DNA of 64,000 nucleotides from Negaprion brevirostris. Taxonomy: Eukaryota. Positions 63,923 through 64,000 of the stretch are shown here, in pieces. The stretch lies in the NCBI GenBank assembly GCA_030324005.1, contig JARDVH010000160.1:28052967-28116966 (forward strand), in the 5' to 3' direction. A model generated the notes under the pieces. It had not been told where the DNA came from. It saw only the letters and a program-made list of their open reading frames with translations, and did no database searches. A program made the position numbers and the translations under genes. The first letter of the stretch is position 1; each line of letters opens with the position of its first letter.

Positions 63923-64000
63923 AACAAAAAAAAACGAAGCAGCCAAGAAATACACAATGCATTAAATTTACAATAAGAACTAGTTACTTCTGACCATACA

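Noticed and set aside
60833-64000. SIK3 exon 13 (RRASDG, S551 'Sleepy' exon)
   Set aside because: No matching coding sequence seen; it is presumably downstream of the window.

Overview
This is eukaryotic, AT-rich, repeat-dense DNA with several N gaps. The HE1/V-SINE, DeuSINE, LF-SINE, CR1 and Penelope repeats point to a cartilaginous fish (shark). The window lies inside one plus-strand gene, SIK3 (salt-inducible kinase 3). Eight GT-AG coding exons (36782-60832) splice into one open frame, equivalent to human exons 5-12 (numbering from memory). They cover the DFG motif and activation loop with the LKB1 threonine (human T221), the rest of the kinase C-lobe, the UBA domain and the RRHT PKA/14-3-3 site (human T469). 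Positions 1-36781 are intronic; I found neither the upstream HRDLKAEN exon nor the downstream RRASDG ('Sleepy') exon. The introns hold about 15 V-SINE copies with two different 3' tails, CR1/L2 fragments, a decayed Gypsy element, a decayed PIF/Harbinger transposon with many MITEs, and Penelope ends carrying hammerhead-ribozyme remnants. I see no convincing new protein-coding system. The best leads are: a SINE holding a copy of its own upstream flank; a MITE inserted into a hammerhead core; inverted repeats bracketing frame-preserving SIK3 exon pairs; a candidate 13-nt poison microexon; and tandem SUMO consensus motifs before the UBA domain. Repeat family names come from recalled consensus sequences, and repeat boundaries are approximate.
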